Shown: positions 55,166 to 64,000 of the stretch, in pieces
Layout: each line of letters begins with the position of its first letter
Numbering within the stretch: the stretch's first letter is position 1
From: Rebecca billardiae RCC1528
Taxonomy: Eukaryota > Protista > Haptophyta
Reading direction: 5' to 3'
Assembly: GCA_965240325.2 (NCBI GenBank)
Contig: OZ251230.1
Coordinates: 2,294,001 to 2,358,000, forward strand
DNA length: 64,000 nucleotides
Translations under genes and position numbers: made by a program
The notes under the pieces: generated by a model
Database searches by the model: none
Seen by the model: only the letters and a program-made list of their open reading frames with translations
What the model was told of the DNA's origin: nothing

Positions 55166-55615
55166 GGTGATCCGTGAGCGCGAATCTTATTGCTGCCGCG
55201 CGCGCGTCGGGCGGCGCTGTTGAGTGCTTGTGATGCCGCTTTCTGTCTTTCTGAGCCTGAATCCATTACATGAACCGGTACAGTTTATTTGTTTTAACGT
55301 GCGTAAGGCTCACGGTGGCAGGTTGCCGCGCCATCCTTCATCGCACGCTCTCCGAAGAGAGACCTGGAAACTGGGGGTTTGAACCACAGTACCATAGGGG
55401 TATTTTGAGTATCTGAAGAAGCCCCGTCTCAAGGAGACAAGGACAGACAGTCGACCCTAATGAAAGCGGGCGCTCGATAACAGCGGAGCAGCGAGCTTTG
55501 TATTTTCGGCATCTCCCTTATTCGTAGCGGTTGTAGCCTTGGTTATGAGCCTCTGAGTTCTGACCAGGCGAAATAATTTGAAGATACGACGAGACGAGAA
55601 TCTGCTTGAGATATA

Positions 55616-56220
55616 TGGAGCGCTCGTTGGAACTTGAGCCCGCTTTGGCGCCCACGCGGCGAGGGCGACGACGGGCGTACACGGGGCCCGCGGCGGCGGG
55701 AAGCGCGCGGGCGCGGCCGAGAACGGCACGGTCCGGACGCCTCTTGCCAGCCGCGGACGCGCACCGCGCCTCCTCCTCGCACGCTGCTAACTTGATCCGG
55801 GGCCATGCGGTGGAACTTGAGCTGCCGACCAGCTCAAGTTCCACGGCTGGTCAAGGTTCGGCTTGCGACCTCGCCGCTGGTGCTTGCAAGAAGGTACACG
55901 AGTTGGTCGAACTCCCGCGCACCCGCTCTGCGCTCGTCGACGCCCTCTGAAGGTGACTCGGGGTGCATGCGGGGCAGTGGAATGCAGTGGTTCGGCGTCG
56001 CCTCTCAGTCGTCCAGCGCGCAGGCCATGTAGCGCGGGTGTGGTGCGCGCATGGCCCGGTAATTCGGTCGCGGCATGTCTGCCTGGTCTACCCAAGGCCT
56101 GCCGCACCGCGAAGCGAGCGCTCAGGAGCGTGTGCCGAGCGTGCCAGCCCCGCCGAGATGGGGCACTTCGCTGGGAAATGCGGGGTCAAGTTCTGACCAC
56201 CTCGGCTCAAGTTCCAACGA
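55616..56220. mobile_element. MITE copy 2 (same family as 42022-42626), right TIR truncated
   Basis: ~600-bp near-identical direct repeat. Starts TA|TGGAGCGCTCGTTGGAACTTGA and ends CTCAAGTTCCAACGA. Confidence 0.9.
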
Positions 56221-56326
56221 ACTACCAGTACTGCTGAGTGCTGACCACTTGACCAGAAAGAAAAGCGCCGCCTACCATCAACACTGCTCGCGTAGTCTTG
56301 CGCGGATTCAAACATCAGAAACTACG

Positions 56327-59300
56327 ATGGCGAAGCCGAGGCCGCGCGCGCTCGCGGCGGCGCTGGCGACGTGGGACGCGCGGGCGAGCGCGAGCTCCCT
56401 CGCGCGCACGACGCGCGCGCTCGGCGTCGCATCGCACCGCGAGACGCTCACGCGCCGCGCCCTCGACGCCCTCGCCGACAACGTCGAGCGGCGGCGCGCG
56501 GCGGAGTTGTCTGCGCTGCGGTCGCAGCTGCGGTTTCACGCGCACACGCTCGCGACGCCCGAGCGGCTGGGCGCGTGCGCGCGCGCGCTGGCGCGCTGGC
56601 GCGCGCCGCTCCTCGCCGCGGCGCTCGCGGGCTGGCGCGCCTTACTCGACGCCGCGCGGGAGGACGCGTGGGCACGGCTCGGCCGCGCGGCCGTGCTCGC
56701 GCGACGGGCCGCCGCGCGCCGCGGCCTCACGGCGCTGTGGCGGCGAACGGCGGCGGCGGCGCGCGCGCCGCCTCTGCCGTACGTCCGACTCGCCGCCACG
56801 CGCGCGCCGGGCACGCTGCGCCGCTGGCGCGCCGCCGCGCGCGCGGCGCGCGTGCGCGGCTCGCGGCTTGGCCATGCCTTTTCGTATCGGTCCCTCTCGC
56901 TGACGGCGCGCGCGCTCTCGCGCTGGCGGCGGGCACGGCTGCAGCTGCGCGGCGCGCGCGCGCACGCGCGCGTGGCGAGCGCGCATGCCGCGCTCAGCGC
57001 GCACGAGCGCGCGTGGGCGCGCATCCGCGCGGCGTGCGCGCGCGCCGCGCGCGCGCGCGCGCTGTGGCGCTTTGCTGCGGCCGCGCGGCGCGCGCGCGCG
57101 CTGGCGCGTTGGCGGGTGGTGCGGCGCGCGCGCGCGGGCACGGGCGGGCAGTGGCGCACGGCGGCGCGGGCGTACGCGCGCACCGCCTTCCGAGCCGGCT
57201 GGCTCGCGCTCGCCCGCGCCGCCGCCGCCGCCTCCGCCGCCGCCGCGGTCCGCGCGTCGTGCGCTCACGTGGCGCGCGGCGCGGCGCTCGCGCGGTGGCG
57301 CGGCGCGGCCGCCGCGGCGCGGGCTCGTCGGCAGCTCGGGCGCGCGGCGGCGCACGCGGCGCAGCCCGCGGCGCTGGGCGCGGCGATCGAGCACTGGGCC
57401 CGGCGCGTCGCGCCCGCGCCGCCCTCGCCCGCCAGCACCGCGCGCTCGCACGCGCTCGACGCGTCCGCGCGGCGCGTCGCGGCGCGCGGCGCCGCGCGCG
57501 CCGTCGCCTGCGGCTGGCGGCGGCTGGCGGCGGCGACGGCGGCGCACGGCCGCGACGCGGCGGCGCGCAAGCGGCGGGAGGAGGCGGCGGCGCGGTGGCT
57601 GTTACGCACGCTCGCGCTCGCGTGGACGCAGCTCGAGATCGCCGCCGCCGACGCCGACGCCGAGCGCCCGCCGCCGCGCGCGCCGACGCTGCGCACGGCG
57701 CGTCTTGCCGGCGCGCTGCGAGCGTGGCGCGCCGCCGCGGCCGCGCCGGAGGCGGCGACGGCGGCGACGCGCGCGCGGCGGGCGCGGCGCGCGCGGCTTG
57801 CGGCGTCGGCTGCGGCGCTGGAGCGGCTCGCCGGCCTCGCCGGCGCGCGGCGCGACGCGGCGCGCGACCTCGCGCGCGCCGCGCGCTGGCACGCCGCCAC
57901 CGCACGCATGCGCGCGCTCGTGCGAATGGCGTCGGGCGCGGCGCGCGGCGCGCTCGCGCGAGCGCGCGCGCGCGCGCTCGCTGGCGCGGTGCTGGCGCGC
58001 GCGCTGCGCGCGCTGCGCGGGGCGGCGCGCGCACTCGCGGCGAGGCGCCGTGCGGACGCGCCGTCGCGCGCCGACGCCGCGCTCGCCGCGCGCGCGCGCG
58101 CCGCGCGCGTGCGGCGCGGCGCGCTGCGCGCGCTGCAAGTCGCAGCGCTGCGCGCGCGCACGGCGCGCGCGCTCGCGGCGGCCGCCGTTCGCTCGGCCAC
58201 GGTGGGCGCGGCCGCGGCGGGCTTCGAGCGGCTCGCGGCGTGCGCGATGGCGCGGGCGAGGCACGCCGCGCGCGTCGACGCCGCCGCGCGCCTCGCCTCG
58301 CGCACCGCGCGGCGCGCCGCCCTGCGCGTGCTGGGCGCGTGGCGCGCGCGCTGCGCGGCGCGCCGGCGCCGAAGCAGCTCAGCATGGCTGCCGTCAGCAT
58401 GGCTGCCGCCGCGCGCGCGGCGCAGTGGCGGCTCTGGCGACAGCGCGGCGGCGTTGGCGGCGTCGCTGCACGCGATGGTGGCGCGCGCGCACGCCGCGCG
58501 CGAGGCGGACGCGCTCGAGCGCTGGCGCGCCTCCGCCGCGTGGCGCGCCGCCGGGGCCGAGGCAGACGCTCGACGACGCGGCGGCGGTTGGCCTCACTGG
58601 CCGGCTCGGCGCGCGGCCGGCGCGGCCGGCGCGGCCGGCGGCGGCGGCGGCGGTGGCGGTGGCGTGGCGGGCGGCGAGGCCGGCGTGCGCGCGCGCGGCG
58701 GCGCGCGCATGCCCGTGGTGCACGAGGGCGGCGCGGCCGCGCACCGCGCCGCCGTCCGCGCCGCCGTCCGCGCCTGCCTCCGCTGGTGTGGGTGGCGGCG
58801 GCTGCGCGCGGCCGCGGCCGCGCGCGCCGCGCTGAGCGCGCCGGCGGCGCGCGCGGCGCGCAGTGCGGAGCTTGTGGCGCGTGCGCGCGCCCTCGACGCG
58901 CTCGTGCGCGCGGCGTGGCTGCGTGGCATGCCGCCGCACGCGTGCGCGCTCACCAGGCGCGTGCGCGCACTCCGAGCCCTGCACACGCGCCGCGCGCGCG
59001 CGCGCGCCGCCGCCGAGCGCGCGGCGGCCGCGCGCGCGTATGCCCGCGCGGCCGCGCTGCGGCGCGGCGCGCGCGCGCTCGCGACGCGCGCCGCGTTGCG
59101 CACGCACGCCGTCGCGCTGATGGCGATCGCGCAGAGCGTGGCGCTCGCGCGCGCGGGCGCACAGTCGCCCGCGGGCGTGGCCACTGCGCCGCACGCCGCG
59201 GCGGACGCTCAGTCGTGCGTCGCCGCCGGCTTCCACCGCTGGCTCGGCGGCGCGCTCGCGCGCTGGGCACGGCGCGTCGTCGCGAGTGGCGGCGGCGCGG

Positions 59301-60796
59301 GCGGCGCGGAGGTCGTGGGCGGCGCGGGCGGCGGCGGTGCGCGCGGGCGCGGCCCGCACGCGACGCCTCCGCGTGTGTCCGGCGTGAGTGCGCGCGGCAC
59401 GCTCGACGACGATGGCGCCGCCGCGTCTCGGCTCAGCGCCGGCGGTGGCGCTGGCGCCGACGACGCGGCGGCGGCGTGCGCGCGCGCCGTCGCACGCGCC
59501 GACGTGGCGCGGGCGCGCGCCGCCTCGCCAGCCTTCACCGCGCGCGCGGCCGGCGGCGGCGGCGGCGTGGGCGGCGGGCACCCGGCAACGGTCGGCGGTG
59601 CCGCCGGCGCCGTCGGCGGCGGCGTGGCGGCGCCGCGCCCCGACGGCGTGGCGGCGGGCGGTGCCCCTGGCGCACTCAGCACCGTCGCGGCCGCGTTGTC
59701 ATCGTTGCCCCGACGCAGCAGCAGCGCCGGTGCGACTGCCACTGCCGAGCGCTTGTCCAGCGCGTCGGTCTCGACCTTGGCAGCCGCGCTCGGCGGTGGT
59801 GCCCACGGCGGCGCGGCGCTGCGCGGCCGCGTCGGTCCGCTCAGCCCTGGCGCTCGCACGAGCAGTCTTCGCGACTCGCCAAGCACGCCCCCGCGCGCGG
59901 CGAGTTGCTCAGCCTCGGCCGGGCGCGCGCACACACCGCCGCGCACGCCCGCGACGCCGCGCGGCGCGGCGGAGGCGGAGGGCGCGGCGGGCGCGGCGGG
60001 CGCGTGGCGACAGGTCGGCGGCGCTGCGAGCCCACCGCCGCGCGGCGCCGACGCCGACGCCGACGCAGGCGCTCACGCCGCGCCCGCCGTGGTGGTGGGA
60101 GGCAGCGCTCTCGGCCGGCCAAGGCTCCCAGCGTGCGCGCACCACTCGCCGCCCGTGCGCACTGCGCGCGGCGCCGTCGGCGGCGGCCGGCGCGCGGCGC
60201 TCCGCGATTCGACCAATGAGAGCGCGGCAGGGCCCAATGGAGGCGCGCCGAGCGCGCGGCTCCCGGCGAGCGCGCCCGCGCACGCCCGCGCGGCGGCGGC
60301 GGGGGCCCAGCCGGCGGCGGGCGCGGGGCGATGCGCCGCGCGCGCGACGGTGCCGGCCGTGGCATCTGCGCCGGTCGACACCCGCGCCGCCGCCCGGCGC
60401 GGAGCGGGCGCCACCGTCGCCCCAGCCTCTAGCGGCGGGGAGCGTGCGGCGGCGCGCTCGCGCGTCTCGTTCAGCCCTCTGCCGCGTAAGCCGCGCGCGG
60501 CGTCAAGCCCGGCTGAGCTGGGGCTCACGCCGCCAGAGACGCCGCCTCTCGGCTCACACTCGCAGGCGCTCGGGCCGTGGCAGCGCGGGGCTGAGGAGGA
60601 CGAGGTGGCAGGCGGCGGGGCCGCGCGCGAGGTGGAGCGCGCCGAGGCCGCGGCGGCCGCTGCCGCGGCTGCGCTTGGGCCGCGCGCGCGCAGCCCGCCG
60701 CCGAGGCACGAGCTGCGCCGTGGCGCTCCCCCGTCCGAGCCGATGCACGCGCCGCCTCCCGACCGCGGCAGCACCAGCCCAGTGGTCAACGCGTAG
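56327..60796 (+). CDS. Large Ala/Arg-rich helical protein with Sfi1-like Trp repeats
   Basis: Likely start MAKPRPRAL at 56327; the upstream part of the track ORF lies in the MITE. Recurrent (A/L)xxWR units (ALARWR, LAGWR, LRRWR, LSRWR, LRAWR) followed by a disordered Pro/Ser-rich tail. Confidence 0.6.
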   Translation: MAKPRPRALAAALATWDARASASSLARTTRALGVASHRETLTRRALDALADNVERRRAAELSALRSQLRFHAHTLATPERLGACARALARWRAPLLAAALAGWRALLDAAREDAWARLGRAAVLARRAAARRGLTALWRRTAAAARAPPLPYVRLAATRAPGTLRRWRAAARAARVRGSRLGHAFSYRSLSLTARALSRWRRARLQLRGARAHARVASAHAALSAHERAWARIRAACARAARARALWRFAAAARRARALARWRVVRRARAGTGGQWRTAARAYARTAFRAGWLALARAAAAASAAAAVRASCAHVARGAALARWRGAAAAARARRQLGRAAAHAAQPAALGAAIEHWARRVAPAPPSPASTARSHALDASARRVAARGAARAVACGWRRLAAATAAHGRDAAARKRREEAAARWLLRTLALAWTQLEIAAADADAERPPPRAPTLRTARLAGALRAWRAAAAAPEAATAATRARRARRARLAASAAALERLAGLAGARRDAARDLARAARWHAATARMRALVRMASGAARGALARARARALAGAVLARALRALRGAARALAARRRADAPSRADAALAARARAARVRRGALRALQVAALRARTARALAAAAVRSATVGAAAAGFERLAACAMARARHAARVDAAARLASRTARRAALRVLGAWRARCAARRRRSSSAWLPSAWLPPRARRSGGSGDSAAALAASLHAMVARAHAAREADALERWRASAAWRAAGAEADARRRGGGWPHWPARRAAGAAGAAGGGGGGGGGVAGGEAGVRARGGARMPVVHEGGAAAHRAAVRAAVRACLRWCGWRRLRAAAAARAALSAPAARAARSAELVARARALDALVRAAWLRGMPPHACALTRRVRALRALHTRRARARAAAERAAAARAYARAAALRRGARALATRAALRTHAVALMAIAQSVALARAGAQSPAGVATAPHAAADAQSCVAAGFHRWLGGALARWARRVVASGGGAGGAEVVGGAGGGGARGRGPHATPPRVSGVSARGTLDDDGAAASRLSAGGGAGADDAAAACARAVARADVARARAASPAFTARAAGGGGGVGGGHPATVGGAAGAVGGGVAAPRPDGVAAGGAPGALSTVAAALSSLPRRSSSAGATATAERLSSASVSTLAAALGGGAHGGAALRGRVGPLSPGARTSSLRDSPSTPPRAASCSASAGRAHTPPRTPATPRGAAEAEGAAGAAGAWRQVGGAASPPPRGADADADAGAHAAPAVVVGGSALGRPRLPACAHHSPPVRTARGAVGGGRRAALRDSTNESAAGPNGGAPSARLPASAPAHARAAAAGAQPAAGAGRCAARATVPAVASAPVDTRAAARRGAGATVAPASSGGERAAARSRVSFSPLPRKPRAASSPAELGLTPPETPPLGSHSQALGPWQRGAEEDEVAGGGAAREVERAEAAAAAAAAALGPRARSPPPRHELRRGAPPSEPMHAPPPDRGSTSPVVNA

Positions 60797-61385
60797 ACTT
60801 GTCACGGCTACGGCCACGGGACGGTACCGGGGCGGTGGCGCGACTTGGCCTGGGCACGGTCAACGGCAGTCACACGCAGTCGACCTCGGCGCCCCGAGTG
60901 GCGCCGGCCCGGCCGGGACCGTGCCGGGCCGCGCGCGACTAGTCGGGCACGCCGCGGCCGATTGTCCGCTGCCGGCAGCGGGGCCGAGGCTGAATCACGG
61001 CGGATCCGCTGATGGCAGGAACTACAGCAAGGGCTCTGCTACGACATGTACGCCGTGGGGCTCAACATGCTGCTTACATGCAGCCGATGGCGTGTCATTC
61101 AATGGCGACGGTGGCCGTCTCTGAGTACTCTCTCGCGACCTGCTCCCGGCCGCCGCCCGCCATCGTTACAAGACCAAGTACAAGCGTCAAGCTCATCAGC
61201 CCACGGCCGGCTAAGCCTCGGCCGTTGCGAAAACAGGCAACAGCCGCTTGCGAGTTGCGGCTCACCGCGGGCAAAAATAGCGCACTCGAGGAGCTGCGCA
61301 AGGCCGAGCTCTCGGAGCCCGCCACGGCTTGCGCCCAGACGCCCGGTGAGCCACCCCGCGCCGCGCGCGAGCGAGCACAAGCACG

Positions 61386-62258
61386 ATGGACGTGGAGAAG
61401 AAGCTCGACACGCCGCTGGGCGACCTTGTCGCGAAGAGCGCGCGCCGGCCCTCGGGCGGCGGCGGCGGCCGCGCCGCCGGCACCGGGCCGATGCGCAAGA
61501 AGGGCTCGCTCTCGTCGACGTCGCGCGTCGCGCGCAACTCGCCGTACAACACGCGGCCGCGGCCGAGGATCGCGGGCGCGCGCACGGCGGGCGGCGGGCG
61601 GTCCGGGGCACCCCCGGCGCGCGCCCCCGGCGGCGCCGGCGGCGGCCGCGTCGGCCGCCCTCTGCGCACCGAGGGCGGCGCGGACGACCCACTGTCCGGC
61701 GGCGACTACATCAAGGTGGGCGGCGGCACCGTGCCTCGCAACCTGGCGGGCCTGATCATCAACCAGGTGTCGGCGGCGACGATGAACACGCTGCTCGCGC
61801 CGATCATCGCGGTCGGCCCCGCCTCGGTCAACCAGGCGGTCAAGGGCCTCGCCATCGCGCGCAAGACGCTCGACGAGCAGCGCTGCGAGTTTGTCTTCAT
61901 GCCGTCGTTCGTCCGGCTCGCGTCCGAGGACCTGAACGCGCTGCAGTTCGACATCGAGCGCTCGACGAAGCGGAAGCAGTCGTCGGAGGAGATGGAGCTC
62001 CGCGCCGCCGGCTCGACCGACGTCAAGAGCCTCGCCGGCGCCCTCGCCAAGAACGCGCGCCAGTCGGCCACTTCGTTTGTGACAGTGGTCGGCGCCAACT
62101 CGGTCAATCAGGCAGTGAAGGCGGTCGCGATCGCTCGCGGGTACCTGGAGGAGGAGGGGCTCGACCTGCAGTGCCGCTCGTCCATCGAGGAGATTGACAC
62201 GGGCTCGCTCGCGGGCAAGACCGCCCTGTCGATCAGCGTGCACCCCGTCAGCATCTGA
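61386..62258 (+). CDS. Tandem SpoVS-domain protein with an ALY/REF-like N-terminal motif and an RG-rich linker
   Basis: Two SpoVS-like units: IKVGGGTVPRNLAGLI...AVGPASVNQAVKGLAIAR and STDVKSLAGALA...VGANSVNQAVKAVAIARGYL...GLDL. N-terminus KKLDTPLGDLV. Confidence 0.85.
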   Translation: MDVEKKLDTPLGDLVAKSARRPSGGGGGRAAGTGPMRKKGSLSSTSRVARNSPYNTRPRPRIAGARTAGGGRSGAPPARAPGGAGGGRVGRPLRTEGGADDPLSGGDYIKVGGGTVPRNLAGLIINQVSAATMNTLLAPIIAVGPASVNQAVKGLAIARKTLDEQRCEFVFMPSFVRLASEDLNALQFDIERSTKRKQSSEEMELRAAGSTDVKSLAGALAKNARQSATSFVTVVGANSVNQAVKAVAIARGYLEEEGLDLQCRSSIEEIDTGSLAGKTALSISVHPVSI

Positions 62259-62906
62259 GCAGCGCCCGGACGGCGGGCGCGGTGGCGTGCTCGCCCACGG
62301 CGGCCCGCGCCGCGCGCCGCCGCCGCGCCTGAAGACGCGGGTGCTGCTCGTCGGCCTGTCCACGCACGCTGGCTGGTCCCCCCCCCCCCTTCCGAACCTT
62401 GGAAACCAACGGACGGACGACCTGACGCCGCCGCGTGGCTGACGGCTCGGCGCAGTCTGTACGTCTACCGCTTGCGGCAATCCGATGTCGGATCGAGTGT
62501 CCGCGCGCCGGCCGCGTCGGCCGGGGCCCCGGGTCGGGCCAGCCCGCCGCCGCCGCTGCGGCTGATGAACATTGATAAGCCCTGTCTCAGGGCTGCCTGC
62601 TATTTAGATGCTGTCGCCCTCTTCCTTCATGCGCGATGAGTCCAATGCATCGACTTGTCTGAACGACTAGCTTAGAGTCATTCGTCGATTACATCGGTAT
62701 GTCAGGTACACCCCCGTGGCCGTGCGACCGCGACGGCCTGACCCACCGCGCGGCCTTCGCCGCTTGCACTCCCGACTGACGAAGCCAGACTGAGAAGATG
62801 GTTGTCCGGTGGATGGCTACCACCTCGCCCGGACAAGTCAGTTAAACAAGTTTGGGCTTGGCTCGTCGCGCGGTTGCGCCAGTTCACACTCGCTGCGCCA
62901 GCAAAG

Positions 62907-63119
62907 GTGAGGGCTTGCGCCCCTCGAGCAACGCCTCCGCCCGCGCGCGCGCCGCGGGTGCGTGTGGGGAGGGGCGGGGGGCGCCGCGGCGCGCGCGCAC
63001 GGCGTGCGCGCATTCCTCGTGCGCGTGCGCACCGGCACATCCCCTCCGCTCCGCTCCGCACCTCGCGCCTCTCGCTCACGCGCGTGCCCCGCGCCGCGCG
63101 TCGGTTTCGCGCCGCGCAG
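62907..63119 (+). other. Probable 5'-UTR intron of alpha-tubulin
   Basis: AAG|GTGAGG donor, GC-rich body like the other introns, CGCAG| acceptor 58 nt before the ATG. Confidence 0.65.
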
Positions 63120-63177
63120 AGCATCGCCGCTCTCCAGTCCTCTCTCCCCGACCCTCTCAACCCCCCCGCCTTCAACA

Positions 63178-64000
63178 ATGCGTGAGTGCCTCTGCATCCA
63201 CATGGGCCAGGCCGGCATCCAGTTCGGTAACGCCTGCTGGGAGCTCTTCTGCCTCGAGCACGGCATCCAGCCGGACGGTCAGATGCCTTCGGACAAGACG
63301 ATCGGCGGCGGCGACGACGCGTTCAACACCTTCTTCTCGGAGACGGGCTCGGGCAAGCACGTGCCGCGCACGGTGTTCATCGACCTCGAGCCGACCGTGA
63401 TCGACGAGGTGCGCACGGGCACCTACCGCCAGCTCTACCACCCGGAGCAGCTGATCTCTGGCAAGGAGGACGCGGCCAACAACTACGCGCGCGGCCACTA
63501 CACGGTGGGCAAGGAGATCATCGACCTGGTGCTCGACCGCATCCGCAAGCTCGCGGACAACTGCACCGGCCTGCAGGGCTTCCTCGTCTTCAACGCCGTC
63601 GGCGGCGGCACCGGCTCGGGCCTCTCGTCGCTGCTGCTCGAGCGGCTCTCGGTCGACTATGGCCGCAAGTCGAAGCTCACCTTCACGATCTACCCGTCGC
63701 CGCAGGTGTCGACGGCGGTGGTCGAGCCGTACAACACGGTGCTCTCGACGCACTCGCTCCTCGAGCACTCGGACGTCTCGTTCACCGTCGACAACGAGGC
63801 GCTGTACGACATCTGCCGCCGCAACCTCGACATTGAGCGCCCGACCTACACCAACCTCAACCGGCTGGTCGCGCAGATCATCTCGGGGCTCACGGCGTCG
63901 CTCCGCTTCGACGGCGCGCTCAACGTCGACCTCACCGAGTTCCAGACCAACCTGGTGCCGTACCCGCGCATCCACTTCGTCCTCTCTTCCTTCGCGCCCA
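63178..64000 (+). CDS. TUBA: Alpha-tubulin (5' part; runs off the window)
   Basis: [40 protein letters not shown]..., [39 protein letters not shown]. Confidence 0.98.
   Translation, partial: MRECLCIHMGQAGIQFGNACWELFCLEHGIQPDGQMPSDKTIGGGDDAFNTFFSETGSGKHVPRTVFIDLEPTVIDEVRTGTYRQLYHPEQLISGKEDAANNYARGHYTVGKEIIDLVLDRIRKLADNCTGLQGFLVFNAVGGGTGSGLSSLLLERLSVDYGRKSKLTFTIYPSPQVSTAVVEPYNTVLSTHSLLEHSDVSFTVDNEALYDICRRNLDIERPTYTNLNRLVAQIISGLTASLRFDGALNVDLTEFQTNLVPYPRIHFVLSSFAP

Noticed and set aside
56075-56326. N-terminus of the 1573-aa ORF
   Set aside because: It begins inside the MITE; ATG 56327 is the more plausible start.
63172-63975. 267-aa minus-strand ORF
   Set aside because: Antisense shadow of alpha-tubulin.
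1-64000. Prokaryotic contamination or operon interpretation (SpoVS, ZupT, GlmS-like); rRNA/tRNA genes
   Set aside because: Neighbouring genes have spliceosomal introns and eukaryote-specific products (tubulin, TFIIF, ISWI) with uniform composition. No rRNA or tRNA was recognisable by eye; a covariance-model scan would be needed to exclude them.

Overview
Eukaryotic, very GC-rich genomic DNA with short GC-rich spliceosomal introns (mostly GT-AG, one probable GC-AG) and AT-rich intergenic islands. The style and the signal-peptide-led plastid proteins suggest a haptophyte-like alga with a complex plastid (inference). Most ORFs in the supplied track are GC-rich shadow frames. Genes I can support, in window order: a giant ARM-like/IQ-repeat protein missed by the ORF track (it runs off the left edge), a multi-TM protein with a TIR/HET-like domain, a CIA30-domain protein, a dCache-like/TM/TIR-HET-like receptor-type protein, an EsV-1-7 repeat protein, TFIIF-alpha, an SCP2-type thiolase, HCF101, a ZIP/ZupT transporter, a PSI-repeat membrane protein, a Cys-type SelW/Rdx protein, a degenerate HMG-ISWI gene followed by an intronless duplicate fragment, a GlmS-like amidotransferase/SIS protein with membrane helices, an Sfi1-like W-repeat protein, a tandem-SpoVS protein with an ALY-like N-terminal motif, and the 5' part of alpha-tubulin. 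Mobile DNA: one apparently intact, young Ty1/copia element (16403-23775, TSD TATTA) with TG...TA ends, no canonical PBS, a candidate -1 frameshift between protease and integrase and an integrase lacking HHCC, plus about five families of non-autonomous terminal-inverted-repeat elements, one with 4-bp TSDs in two copies. No rRNA, tRNA or CRISPR array was seen. All family assignments come from motif recognition by eye, not database searches.
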